DNA of 64,000 nt from an uncultured Bacilli bacterium (GCA_910588025.1 CAJUQG010000001.1:152323-216322); one strand, 5' to 3'; numbered from the stretch's first letter, positions 9,915-20,090 are shown. A program made the numbers and translations. Notes: generated by a model not told the origin, from the letters alone.

Positions 9915-10575
9915 AATAACTACTATGAACCTCTGGAACTTTATTTACAATAACTCCAGCAACATCCGCTTCGACATTTTGAAGGGTCTTTTTCGTATTC
10001 TCTAATTGGTCAATTTTCGTATAATTGACAGCACAAACCACCACTGTTTTATCTACATTTTTAGCCATAACAACAGAGTCAGTAAGTCCTCCAACTGGTG
10101 TACCATCACAAATAATATAATCATAATCACTACGTAAAATTTCTAATAAATTTTTATTCTTATTAGAATCTAGTAATTCACTAGGATTTGGAGGAACTAC
10201 ACCACTTGTAAGCAAATGTAAATTATGAATAAATGTTTTTTTAATATAATCTTTATATTCCTTTTCTACATCTCCAAGTAACAAATTAGATAATCCTTTA
10301 TCATTCGTAATATTAAATAATCGATGAAGTCTCCCTTTTCGTAAATCACAATCGATTAATAAAACTTTACTTCCATTTTGCGCAAATGCCGTTGCTAAAT
10401 TAGCACTTGTAAAACTTTTCCCTTCTCCTGGTACAGAAGAAGTAACTAAAATAATTTGTACTTTTTTATCAGCCGAAGAAAACTGTAAATTTGTTCTTAT
10501 AATACGTAACGCTTCGGCTACCGAAGATCTAGGATTTCTCTCGACAATTAATTCGTTATTAATCATATCACTCAT
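9889..10575 (-). CDS. BY-kinase catalytic subunit (CpsD/CapB-type tyrosine-protein kinase)
   Basis: Walker A VTSSVPGEGKS, Walker A' LLIDCDLRKG and Walker B YIICDGTP. C-terminal tyrosine cluster HSSYYGNYYIED. Confidence 0.88.
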   Translation of the reverse strand: MSDMINNELIVERNPRSSVAEALRIIRTNLQFSSADKKVQIILVTSSVPGEGKSFTSANLATAFAQNGSKVLLIDCDLRKGRLHRLFNITNDKGLSNLLLGDVEKEYKDYIKKTFIHNLHLLTSGVVPPNPSELLDSNKNKNLLEILRSDYDYIICDGTPVGGLTDSVVMAKNVDKTVVVCAVNYTKIDQLENTKKTLQNVEADVAGVIVNKVPEVHSSYYGNYYIED

Positions 10576-11273
10576 TACTTCTTCCCTCCTCGTTTACTAT
10601 TTTTACCTACGGTATTATAATCAGGAATAGCTCCCAAAATAACCATTTCCATTTTTGATTCTACTTGTTCGACACTTTTAATCGTATTATCTAAGAAGAA
10701 AACTAAAAATAATAATCCAAACGCTACAAACACTCCAGCAAAACCACTAATAAAAATCGATTTTATATAATTCATATTTGTAGGATTATCACTAACCACC
10801 GCTTTATCCAAAATAGTTACGTTTTTAATATTGTAAAGAGCTTGAATTTCTTTACTAAAAATATCGGCCACTTCATTGGCAATATCTTTGGCAATCACCC
10901 TATTAGAATCTGTTACTGTAATATTTAAAACCATAGAATCTGTAACTGCTTTAATTTTAATACTTCCAGCTAAACTATTAGCAGAACGATTTAATTTTAA
11001 ATTATTCACAACTTGTTCTAGTACACTTCGACTAGTAATTATTTCTTGATAAGTTGGAATCATCTTAGTATTTAATGTAATATCGTTCGTGGTAATCTTA
11101 CTATCTCCACTAGTACCTGTAAGCGTTAATGAAACCTCAGAAGTATAAACGGGTCTTTGCACCACAATAAAATAAAATAAACAAATGATTAAAACAAAAA
11201 ACATAACCAAAACAAAAAAGATTGCATGTTTTTTAATATAGCTCAAAAATTCAAATACATTAATATCTTCCAT
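10575..11273 (-). CDS. polysaccharide co-polymerase / BY-kinase transmembrane modulator (CpsC/Wzz-type)
   Basis: Two-TM topology around a periplasmic-type domain, roughly 230 aa. Its stop overlaps the start of the cpsD-like gene. Confidence 0.8.
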   Translation of the reverse strand: MEDINVFEFLSYIKKHAIFFVLVMFFVLIICLFYFIVVQRPVYTSEVSLTLTGTSGDSKITTNDITLNTKMIPTYQEIITSRSVLEQVVNNLKLNRSANSLAGSIKIKAVTDSMVLNITVTDSNRVIAKDIANEVADIFSKEIQALYNIKNVTILDKAVVSDNPTNMNYIKSIFISGFAGVFVAFGLLFLVFFLDNTIKSVEQVESKMEMVILGAIPDYNTVGKNSKRGGKK

Positions 11274-11363
11274 AAAATATCCTCCTTAATAAAATTATAT
11301 TAACACAATTTCCATTTTTTTTAGAAAAATTAGTAAAGTTCTATCAAAAGAATGTAAACTTTT

Positions 11364-12539
11364 TTAATCCCTATAAAACACATCTCGAGTATAAACTTTT
11401 TGTTCTACCTGTTTTAGCAGTTCTTCCATTCGATTAGCTAAAATGACATCCGCTAAAGATGCAAATTGCGAAAAATCTTGAATAACAGGATAACCCTGAA
11501 ATTCATTTGTTTGCAAAGTAGGTTCATAAATAATAATAGAAATCCCACTTTTTTGTAACTCTTTGATAATATCTTGAATTGCACTAGCTCTAAAATTATC
11601 CGAACCACTTTTCATCGTCAAACGATAAATTCCGACCGTTTGCGGATTTTTTTTAAGTACCATTTTAGCAATATGTTTTTTTCTTGTATCATTCGATTGA
11701 ACGATAGCACGAATTAAATTTTCTGGAATATCTCCATAATTCGCTAACAACTGTTTGGTATCCTTTGGTAAACAATACCCACCATATCCAAAAGAAGGAT
11801 TATTATAATGTCCCCCAATTCGCGTATCCAAAGATACACCATCAATAATATCTTTTGTATTTAATCCCTTTAATTCGGCATAAGTATCTAGTTCGTTAAA
11901 ATAAGCAACTCGTAATGCTAAGTAAGTATTCGCAAATAACTTTACCGCCTCAGCCTCAGTAGAATCCATAAATTTAACCACTACATCCTTTTTTAAAGAT
12001 GCCTCAACTAATAAATCGGCAAATTCCTTTGCTCGTGAAGATTTTTCACCCACAATAATGCGCGATGGATACAAATTATCATACAAAGCATGCCCTTCTC
12101 TTAAAAATTCTGGTGAAAACATAATATGATCGATAGAATATTTCTCTTTCATATTTTTGATAAACCCAACGGGCACAGTTGATTTTACCACTATGGTCGT
12201 ATCAATTCCCATCGAAATTACTTTTTTAATAATATCCTCAACACTAGAAGTATCAAAATAATTCTGTTCATCATCATAATTCGTTGGCGTACTAATAATA
12301 ACAAACTTCGCCCCTAGAAAAGCTTTTTGATAATCAAGCGTTGCCGTAAGATTTAAGTCCTTCGTTTTGAAATAGGTCTCAATTTCTTTATCTTCAATAG
12401 GAGACTTTCTTTGATTAATCATTTCAACTTTTTCTTCTATCACATCAAGTGCTACTACCTCATGTTTTTGACTTAATAAAGTTGCTAAAGATAACCCAAC
12501 ATATCCTGTCCCTGCTACAGCAATTTTCATTTTATTCAT
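11364..12539 (-). CDS. ugd: UDP-glucose 6-dehydrogenase
   Basis: N-terminal Rossmann motif AVAGTGYVGLS. Catalytic block GYGGYCLPKD. 391 aa. Confidence 0.9.
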   Translation of the reverse strand: MNKMKIAVAGTGYVGLSLATLLSQKHEVVALDVIEEKVEMINQRKSPIEDKEIETYFKTKDLNLTATLDYQKAFLGAKFVIISTPTNYDDEQNYFDTSSVEDIIKKVISMGIDTTIVVKSTVPVGFIKNMKEKYSIDHIMFSPEFLREGHALYDNLYPSRIIVGEKSSRAKEFADLLVEASLKKDVVVKFMDSTEAEAVKLFANTYLALRVAYFNELDTYAELKGLNTKDIIDGVSLDTRIGGHYNNPSFGYGGYCLPKDTKQLLANYGDIPENLIRAIVQSNDTRKKHIAKMVLKKNPQTVGIYRLTMKSGSDNFRASAIQDIIKELQKSGISIIIYEPTLQTNEFQGYPVIQDFSQFASLADVILANRMEELLKQVEQKVYTRDVFYRD

Positions 12540-13998
12540 CCTCTCTAATCTCTTTTTTCTTTCTCGTCATTTTCTTTCCAACACCGTTAGTTAACTCAAA
12601 CAAAAACTGATCTTTTAAAACAACTAAAGCTAGAAAATAAACACTACCAGAAACCCCAACTTGGATGACTATTGACCCAAAATGATCAGTTATCAAACTA
12701 CCTACCCAAATACTACAAACAAATAATAAGATAGATGCAATCAAATATTTATAAGTTAATTGAAATACTTCCTTGAAACGAATTTCTTTTCTTACTAAAA
12801 CAAATTGAGTAAAAGTAACAGAAAACTCCGCAATTACAGTTGCAATAGAAGCTCCAATGGAAGCAAAGTTTTTAATAAAAAGAAAATTAAGAACTAAATT
12901 AACAATGGCCCCAATACAAACCGATAAAGTATATTTATTCTGCTGTTTAGTAGGAAGTAAAAATTGAGTACCCATAATATTACTTAAACTAATGAACACA
13001 ATAATCGGACTAATAATACAAATGAGCGGAGCCACTTTATCATATCCCTCCCCATAAAAAAGAGGAACAAATTGATATGCAACACTCATGATGCCAAACA
13101 TCAAAGGAAATGCAATCATCATGATAAACTGAAATGAATGATTCAAATATTTTTTAATTTGTGTATGCTTTCCTTCTGCATAAGTTGCAGCAATCCTTGG
13201 TAACATCACCGTTCCAAAAGAAGTTGCAATCGTAAGTAACAATTTAATCATTTTTTGCGCTTGCTCATAATAACCGACTTCTGCTTTATCGTGAATAATA
13301 GCTCCAATCATTGTTTTATCTAACACTGTATAAATTTGCGTAGCAATTTGGGGAATAAAAAGAATCATCATCGGTTTCATATGTTTCACAAAATTTAATT
13401 CCTTAAACTTTACTCTTTTAATAACTCTAGGTAAATAAATCCACAACGACAAATTTCCCAAAAGATTTGCTAAAACATAAATTAATAAATAGTGATTTAA
13501 ATCATGTTCACTTCTCACAAAAAGAAAGATACAAATCACACTAATGATTTTAACTAACATATTTCGCATTACAGTCTTTTTAAATTCTTCTAACCCTTGA
13601 AAATACCAACTAATATCGATTGCACTAGCTAAAATTTCTAAAGTTAAAATCTTATAATAAATTTGATATTCCAAAGAAGAGCAAAACGTAAAATAAAACA
13701 CCAACATAGAAATCATCAAAGTAAAAAAACGTAACCAAAAAATTTCAAGAAAAGCTTTACTACGTTTTTCTATATTTTCTTGACAATAAGCAATCTCTCT
13801 TTGACCATACAAAGCAACTCCTAAAGAGCCAAACAAAATAAAATAAGTCGTAATAGACAATGTATAACTATATATTCCGATATTTTCTGCTCCAAGTACT
13901 CTTGACAAATATGGAGTAGTAATAAAAGGAATAAGAATTGCTAATATTTGATAAGATAAATGATAAATATAATTTTTCACAATACTTTTCTTTGCCAT
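12532..13998 (-). CDS. Wzx-type oligosaccharide flippase (MOP superfamily)
   Basis: About 14 TM helices and the typical polysaccharide-biosynthesis-protein N-terminus. ATG at 13998 follows an AAAGAGG SD; the track start is an upstream GTG. Confidence 0.8.
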   Translation of the reverse strand: MAKKSIVKNYIYHLSYQILAILIPFITTPYLSRVLGAENIGIYSYTLSITTYFILFGSLGVALYGQREIAYCQENIEKRSKAFLEIFWLRFFTLMISMLVFYFTFCSSLEYQIYYKILTLEILASAIDISWYFQGLEEFKKTVMRNMLVKIISVICIFLFVRSEHDLNHYLLIYVLANLLGNLSLWIYLPRVIKRVKFKELNFVKHMKPMMILFIPQIATQIYTVLDKTMIGAIIHDKAEVGYYEQAQKMIKLLLTIATSFGTVMLPRIAATYAEGKHTQIKKYLNHSFQFIMMIAFPLMFGIMSVAYQFVPLFYGEGYDKVAPLICIISPIIVFISLSNIMGTQFLLPTKQQNKYTLSVCIGAIVNLVLNFLFIKNFASIGASIATVIAEFSVTFTQFVLVRKEIRFKEVFQLTYKYLIASILLFVCSIWVGSLITDHFGSIVIQVGVSGSVYFLALVVLKDQFLFELTNGVGKKMTRKKKEIREDE

Positions 13999-14013
13999 AG
14001 AAACCTCTTTCAC

Positions 14014-15009
14014 TCACACTTTGATCATTTGATTTAATTTAGGAATTTTCGATATTACATAAGACACCAAAAAAGATAGAATAAGTACAATAATGACATG
14101 GATAACTCGCAAATAATTGTTAAGAAAAGGTAAGATTTTACACACAACTCTTAGAATACTATAATGAACGATATAAACACCCATTGTTAAATCAGATAAA
14201 TGTTGGAACAATTTATAATTGCTGACCAATTTACTTATGGAAAGAAAAATCAATATAGATGTAAAAATAATAATTGGGGAATCATAAAATGCTTCACAAT
14301 ACATAGTACCATAATTTTGATACGCAAAAAAGCATTGATACAAAACGGAACACACAATCATAAACAAAGTCAAAGAAAAAAGCTTTTTCTTGTCCAAATT
14401 GCTCACTTTATCATAATTTTTTCTAAGATATCCGCCTAAAAGGAAATACAAAAACCAAGTCCATAAACGAAACGTTTGAATGATATGATTCTTTAAAACA
14501 AATTGATAATTGTGATATAAAATAAGAAATAGAATATCTAAAATAACACACAATACCATCATGAAATACACCCAAAAAGAAAAAGACTGCTGTTGATATA
14601 GTTTTTGAAATAAAGGCAAAAGCAAATCGATTATAAGGATAGATCCTAAAAACCAAAAATGCGGAAAACCACCCTTTTGCAGAAAAGAGGCGAATATTTC
14701 ATAAAAAGGATTAGTAACTGTATCACCAATCACCCATTTCACCAAATATAAAAGACCTCCCCAAAACAGAACGATAATCATAATACGAAAAACTTTTTGA
14801 AAAACGTATCGATATTGATTTACTTTTCCTAATTGCAAATACCCATTTGTCATAAAAAACAAAGGTATAGCAAACACACCAAGATAATAAATCCATAATC
14901 CATTCGTATAAGTATGTTCGGATAACCCAATAGTAATAGAATGTAGAACAACGACCAAAAGACAAGCAATAATTTTTATAAAATCAATCCAAACGATTCT
15001 TTTTTTCAT
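14014..15009 (-). CDS. acyltransferase-3 family membrane O-acyltransferase
   Basis: Begins RIVWIDFIKIIACLLVVVLHS. About 10 TM helices, 331 aa, inside the polysaccharide locus. Confidence 0.75.
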   Translation of the reverse strand: MKKRIVWIDFIKIIACLLVVVLHSITIGLSEHTYTNGLWIYYLGVFAIPLFFMTNGYLQLGKVNQYRYVFQKVFRIMIIVLFWGGLLYLVKWVIGDTVTNPFYEIFASFLQKGGFPHFWFLGSILIIDLLLPLFQKLYQQQSFSFWVYFMMVLCVILDILFLILYHNYQFVLKNHIIQTFRLWTWFLYFLLGGYLRKNYDKVSNLDKKKLFSLTLFMIVCSVLYQCFFAYQNYGTMYCEAFYDSPIIIFTSILIFLSISKLVSNYKLFQHLSDLTMGVYIVHYSILRVVCKILPFLNNYLRVIHVIIVLILSFLVSYVISKIPKLNQMIKV

Positions 15010-16114
15010 TTACTTCCTCTTGATACTTAGAAAATGCTGATTCGATAACATCATCCATATCATAATATTTATATTCTGCTAGTCTTCCTCCAAAAATCAC
15101 ATTAGATTCCTTGGAAGCTAACTCTCGATATTGAAGCGCTAATTGATTATTCTTTTCATCATTAATCGTATAATATTTTTCCATACCTTCCTGATAATCC
15201 GTAGGATACTCAAAAGTTACCACTGTATTAGGACTTTCCGTATCAAATTCAAAATGCTTATGTTCAATAACTCTTGTATAATCTACTTCATGACCTGTAT
15301 AATTTACAACTGCATTACCTTGATAGTTACGTTCTGCCAAGATTTTTGTTTCAAATTTTAAACTTCTCCACTCCAAAACTCCTAAAGAATAATGAAAATA
15401 TTCATCAATGGGGCCAGTATAAACAATCTTCTCAGCAATTTCCTTGTAATAATCGACATTTTTAAAAAAATTAGTATTTAATTGAACATCTATCCCCGAA
15501 AGCATTTGAGCTACCATATTAGTATATCCTCCAACGGGAATACCTTGATACTTATCATTAAAATAATTATTATCATAGACAAATCGCACAGGTAAACGCT
15601 TAATAATAAAAGCAGGTAAATCTTTACAATCACGATTCCATTGCTTTTCTGTATAACCTTTAATTAACTTTTCATAAATAGTTCTTCCGATTAAACTAAT
15701 AGCTTGCTCCTCTAAATTACTAGGAACTTTTCCGTCCATTTCTTTTCGTTCTTCACTAATATGTCGCCAAGCATCTTCAGGAGAATAGACATCATCCCAA
15801 ATTTTAGCAAAAGTATTCATATTAAATGGCAAATTATAAATTTCGTTTCCAATACGCGCAACTGGACTATTGGTATAACGATTAAATTCGGCAAATTGAT
15901 TGACAAAATTCCAAACATTAGAATTATCTGTATGAAAGATATGAGCACCGTATTGATGAACTTGAATACCCTTAATATTTTCCGTATAAATATTACCAGC
16001 AATGTGTTCACGTTTATCAATCACCAAGACTTTTTTTCCATCCTTTTTGGCTAAATGAGCAAAAGTAGCGCCAAATAATCCTGCTCCTACTACTAAATAA
16101 TCATATTGTTTCAT
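14984..16114 (-). CDS. glf: UDP-galactopyranose mutase
   Basis: FAD-binding motif YDYLVVGAGLFG and the typical Glf length. ATG at 16114 is 8 nt after an AGGAGA SD. Confidence 0.9.
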   Translation of the reverse strand: MKQYDYLVVGAGLFGATFAHLAKKDGKKVLVIDKREHIAGNIYTENIKGIQVHQYGAHIFHTDNSNVWNFVNQFAEFNRYTNSPVARIGNEIYNLPFNMNTFAKIWDDVYSPEDAWRHISEERKEMDGKVPSNLEEQAISLIGRTIYEKLIKGYTEKQWNRDCKDLPAFIIKRLPVRFVYDNNYFNDKYQGIPVGGYTNMVAQMLSGIDVQLNTNFFKNVDYYKEIAEKIVYTGPIDEYFHYSLGVLEWRSLKFETKILAERNYQGNAVVNYTGHEVDYTRVIEHKHFEFDTESPNTVVTFEYPTDYQEGMEKYYTINDEKNNQLALQYRELASKESNVIFGGRLAEYKYYDMDDVIESAFSKYQEEVNEKKNRLD

Positions 16115-17354
16115 GTGATTCATCTCCTAAAAAGAAATTTTTTAATTCTTCATTTTTATTACTATAAAGAAGAAAATAATAATCAAACGCTAGAAGTACC
16201 ATCATAATCGAAGTATACTGATAAGCATTCATAAAAATCAAACTAAACTGAACAAGAAATAATTCCAACAAATATAAATTTTTTCCATGCAATAAATATT
16301 TCAAAAAACCTATCACAAAAGGAAACAAATAAAATAAAGCTAAGTAGATTCCGCCTTGTACTAACACGATTACAAGGGAACTAGACAATCCAGTATTATA
16401 ACTTCGAAAATCACTCATAAAGCTTACTGCTAATTCATTATTCATAAAGCCATTACCCATGATTTTGTGTTCCTTCCATGCCAAGTATCCAGCTCGGAAA
16501 TCATCGCTTCGAATATTATAAGAACGAGTTTCTGCTTTATCATAAAAGAGAAATAACCCAATAATTAATACAAAAAAGATAACCATAATCTTTAAAAATC
16601 TTATATTTTTATTCTTATTATAAAAAAGAAACCGATATAAAATTAAAAACAAGGAAATTAACATACCTGTTAAAGATAGAGAAGATATAATAGATAATCC
16701 AAAAACAATAGTATATTTATTAAACATATTTTTCTTATAAAAAAGGGCAAATCCCATTGCTAAAATTAAATGCAATGCAAACATAGGGCCCTCTACAAAA
16801 ATACTAGAATTTCTTAGTAAAACTTGGTCAAAAATAACTGTAGTTTGCGAATCAAAATGCAAATAATGATACCCATATATCGATTGTAACCCTCCCCAAT
16901 CGATATTCAAAGAAACATTTGGTTCTACAAGCTTTAACAAAGATCCTCCAATGTAAAAAACTAAAGAAACAAAAGCGATAACAAACATTACATTAATATA
17001 AGCCTTCAATAAATTTTGTATTTGTTCCTTATCAAAAACCGAAAACATTAAAAACATCAAAGGAAATATGACAAAAAAAGAACTCAAAAAACTCAAACGA
17101 CTATCTTGGACACCTAACAGAAAAAAAATACTAATATATATAAAATAAGCAAGCAAAAATAAAATGGTATTTTTTTTCAATTTTTTATTAAAATTTATAA
17201 TAAAAATTGCCAATAAATCAAGAATAATAAACACAGATAAGAATTTTCCCAAATTACTATCATAAATGTGAGCAAATACACTTCTACTATCAAGAATTAC
17301 GAAAAATACTAATAAATATTGTAAATAGATATTAATTCTATTTTTATGTCTCAT
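16101..17354 (-). CDS. Wzy-type oligosaccharide repeat-unit polymerase (O-antigen ligase-like)
   Basis: 417 aa, highly hydrophobic, 10 or more TM helices with a large loop. It lies between glf and the glycosyltransferases. Confidence 0.65.
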   Translation of the reverse strand: MRHKNRINIYLQYLLVFFVILDSRSVFAHIYDSNLGKFLSVFIILDLLAIFIINFNKKLKKNTILFLLAYFIYISIFFLLGVQDSRLSFLSSFFVIFPLMFLMFSVFDKEQIQNLLKAYINVMFVIAFVSLVFYIGGSLLKLVEPNVSLNIDWGGLQSIYGYHYLHFDSQTTVIFDQVLLRNSSIFVEGPMFALHLILAMGFALFYKKNMFNKYTIVFGLSIISSLSLTGMLISLFLILYRFLFYNKNKNIRFLKIMVIFFVLIIGLFLFYDKAETRSYNIRSDDFRAGYLAWKEHKIMGNGFMNNELAVSFMSDFRSYNTGLSSSLVIVLVQGGIYLALFYLFPFVIGFLKYLLHGKNLYLLELFLVQFSLIFMNAYQYTSIMMVLLAFDYYFLLYSNKNEELKNFFLGDESHETI

Positions 17355-17358
17355 AATG

Positions 17359-18108
17359 TTATATACTCCTTATAAGGATTTTAATCTTTTTCAGAAAATT
17401 AATCAATTTATTTTCTGTAAATAACATAGAATTAACATATTTTACCCGTTTTTGATGTTTTTCTACCCATACATTAATCAAAAACTCAGACATAAATCCA
17501 TAAATTCTTTGTTCCTGTTTTGTATAACCAGTCAAATCAACCATACTTTCATATTTTTCTAATAATTCAAACAACCAACTACAATATGATTGAAAATCTT
17601 CTCGCTTCATGACGGCCATATTACAAAAACTAGCTGAATTACTATGCATTACTTTCTCAAAAGCATCATAGTATTCTGAATATTCTCTTTGAATCAACTT
17701 TTCTAATGCAATTAAATCTTGTTCTCTCCCACTAATACTATTTGCAAAATATCCCCAAACATCTGGTTTTTCTTTCACCTTTTTAGGTAATACAACATCA
17801 TATTGTTTCATCCATTTTTCCATTTGATCTACTCGATATATTTTCGAAAAAAGACCATGAACAAAAAAGCGTCGATAATGACAGATGCCAACATAATCTG
17901 GCAACTCATAATTTTTCCACAACCAATAAATGGCTGTCAACTCACAGTAAAAAGGATTCTTAGAAGCAATATTATCTCCAACCGAATCTGCTAAAATCCG
18001 TCCATGATTTTTCTTTCCATACGAAGATACACCAATTACCTTATAATCATTCGGTACCTTTAAAAATAAATCCTTATGTGTGATTACAAACATTTCTATT
18101 TTTTTCAT
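17359..18108 (-). CDS. DUF4422-family putative glycosyltransferase
   Basis: N-terminus MFVITHKDL...YKVIGV and the block CELTAIYWLWKN...GICHYRRFF, characteristic of DUF4422 proteins in capsule loci. Confidence 0.65.
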   Translation of the reverse strand: MKKIEMFVITHKDLFLKVPNDYKVIGVSSYGKKNHGRILADSVGDNIASKNPFYCELTAIYWLWKNYELPDYVGICHYRRFFVHGLFSKIYRVDQMEKWMKQYDVVLPKKVKEKPDVWGYFANSISGREQDLIALEKLIQREYSEYYDAFEKVMHSNSASFCNMAVMKREDFQSYCSWLFELLEKYESMVDLTGYTKQEQRIYGFMSEFLINVWVEKHQKRVKYVNSMLFTENKLINFLKKIKILIRSI

Positions 18109-18114
18109 AATTCC

Positions 18115-19065
18115 TCACTTCACCAAACTAGTATTAATATCGTAATATTTACTTTTAAAAATTTTTTGCTTTAATTTAATCATCATAGCCAAAATTTGAA
18201 ACAACTTCTTTTTTTGATAATTACTCCACTTTGTTGCATAAATCGTAAACTCTTGTCGTTGAAACAATTCAAACAACAATTCTAATTGCATAATATGTAA
18301 ATCATGATAAGCTGGGCTAGCAATCGTCTTTTTTAAATCATAATTCGACCAAAAGCCTCTATCATATTTTGGTAAAAAACGACAAAGCGTATCAACAGAC
18401 TTCATTAAGATTTCTTGATATTTTTTATCTTCCGAAATTAAAGTAAAATCATATAAACCAAAAAGAGAAAAAATCCAGCCATTTAATACCGATAAATTAT
18501 GAGAAGAAACATATTCTTGAAAAATAACATCTTCTTGCTGATAAAGAGTCGTTCCCCCATTTTCAATATCTCGAAGCATAAAATCGAGCGCTAATTTAGC
18601 TTTCTCTAAAAATTGCCTTTCCTGCGTTTCAACATAAGCCCGTAACAAAACAGATACCCCTTCACTCTGACACATAGAAGATTGCGTAAAATGTGCTTGA
18701 TCATGTAAAGTTGCCATACAATTCCACATACCTTGTTCATCAAGATGGCTAATAGCCCACTTCGCGATATTCAAAAATTGACTCAATCGTTTCTTATCAT
18801 GAGTTTCTAAATATAAATCATACAACCCCAAACCATATTGAAAAATAGTAATAGGAAAATAAGCTTCAATTCCTGCAATAGTAGTATTAATAGGAATTCC
18901 CTGAGAATCTAATATCGTAGAATCACATACTTTATTGGTTAAATCGTTATAATATCCTTTGACACTCTGTTTCGAATAATATTTTCCAATTCCTTGCTTA
19001 ACATGAAAGGCACTTTTCCCACAAAGCATTCGAAACCAACGTTTTAATAACTTAAATATCTTCAT
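18115..19065 (-). CDS. D-glucuronyl C5-epimerase-like protein (GLCE C-terminal domain family)
   Basis: Conserved blocks SSMCQSEGVSVLLRAYVET, QEYVSSHNLSVLNGWIFSLFGLYDF, LPKYDRGFWSNYDL, AYHDLHIMQLELL and KWSNYQK. These match my recollection of the C-terminal blocks of animal GLCE. Confidence 0.7.
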   Translation of the reverse strand: MKIFKLLKRWFRMLCGKSAFHVKQGIGKYYSKQSVKGYYNDLTNKVCDSTILDSQGIPINTTIAGIEAYFPITIFQYGLGLYDLYLETHDKKRLSQFLNIAKWAISHLDEQGMWNCMATLHDQAHFTQSSMCQSEGVSVLLRAYVETQERQFLEKAKLALDFMLRDIENGGTTLYQQEDVIFQEYVSSHNLSVLNGWIFSLFGLYDFTLISEDKKYQEILMKSVDTLCRFLPKYDRGFWSNYDLKKTIASPAYHDLHIMQLELLFELFQRQEFTIYATKWSNYQKKKLFQILAMMIKLKQKIFKSKYYDINTSLVK

Positions 19066-19066
19066 G

Positions 19067-20083
19067 CTACTCCTCCGTAAGTTCCTTTTTAAAATCTTTT
19101 AATAACTCATCGATATCATATTTTTTAGATAGCTTCAAAGATTCTAACTTATATTCTTGCAAATGACCTTCTCTTATGAGCTCTATGGCTTTTTTATACA
19201 TATCTTCATAATTCTGATATTCAAAAATTTTACCATTTTGATTATCTAAAATATATTCGTGCGCATATTTCCAGTTAGAAGCTAAAACTGCCAGTCCAGC
19301 TATATAAGCATCAATTAAAGCTCCTGGTAAACATTCTCCTTTATATTCCGTTGGAAAAATAAAAATATCATATTGCGATAATATTTCATATTCATCTTTC
19401 CCATTTGGATTAATAACACCATGATATCGGATATTTTGATGAAAAGCTTTTTTGATTTCATTCAAATAATCTTCTTTCACTTGACCATAAATATCTAAAC
19501 TACATTCAATGTTCTCATGATTTAATCGTTCTACCAAAGAAATTGCTTCTTCTACGCCTTTTTCTTTAATCACGCGACCAAAATACACAAATCGCGTCTT
19601 TTTACTCTCTTGATACTTACTATGATAAGGTTCTATTTTTCGAAAATTATTTAAAACTTCAACATTATGAATATTTAGTTCATTCAAATCTTGCTTAAGC
19701 GTTTCGGCTTCCACATAAATACATTTTAAAGCCTGATAATCCTTCACATTCCATTGTTTTTGCTGAATATTTCTAGATAAAGAGCCACCTATCACAAAAT
19801 AATAAATCTTTTTCTTCGTCCGAATTTTTCGAAAAAAATTTAAAACAATATGTGCTCCTCTATCCGCTGAAGAAACAATAATATCATCACATTGAAAATA
19901 ATTGACCAGAATGAGAAATATTAATTTAAAAATATGCTTTTGCCAATGATCAGTATCTACAGATATCAATTGAATATTAGAAAGACCACAAAAATATTCT
20001 TTCAACAAACGACACTTAATCGTCTCACCATCAATTCGATTTCGAGAATCAGCAGTAGTAGCTATATACAAAACTTTTTTCAC
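19067..20083 (-). CDS. GT-B fold glycosyltransferase (family 4/1-like)
   Basis: C-terminal EX7E-type region FPTEYKGECLPGALIDAYIAGLAVLASN. 338 aa. Confidence 0.75.
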   Translation of the reverse strand: MKKVLYIATTADSRNRIDGETIKCRLLKEYFCGLSNIQLISVDTDHWQKHIFKLIFLILVNYFQCDDIIVSSADRGAHIVLNFFRKIRTKKKIYYFVIGGSLSRNIQQKQWNVKDYQALKCIYVEAETLKQDLNELNIHNVEVLNNFRKIEPYHSKYQESKKTRFVYFGRVIKEKGVEEAISLVERLNHENIECSLDIYGQVKEDYLNEIKKAFHQNIRYHGVINPNGKDEYEILSQYDIFIFPTEYKGECLPGALIDAYIAGLAVLASNWKYAHEYILDNQNGKIFEYQNYEDMYKKAIELIREGHLQEYKLESLKLSKKYDIDELLKDFKKELTEE

Positions 20084-20090
20084 GCTTCAC

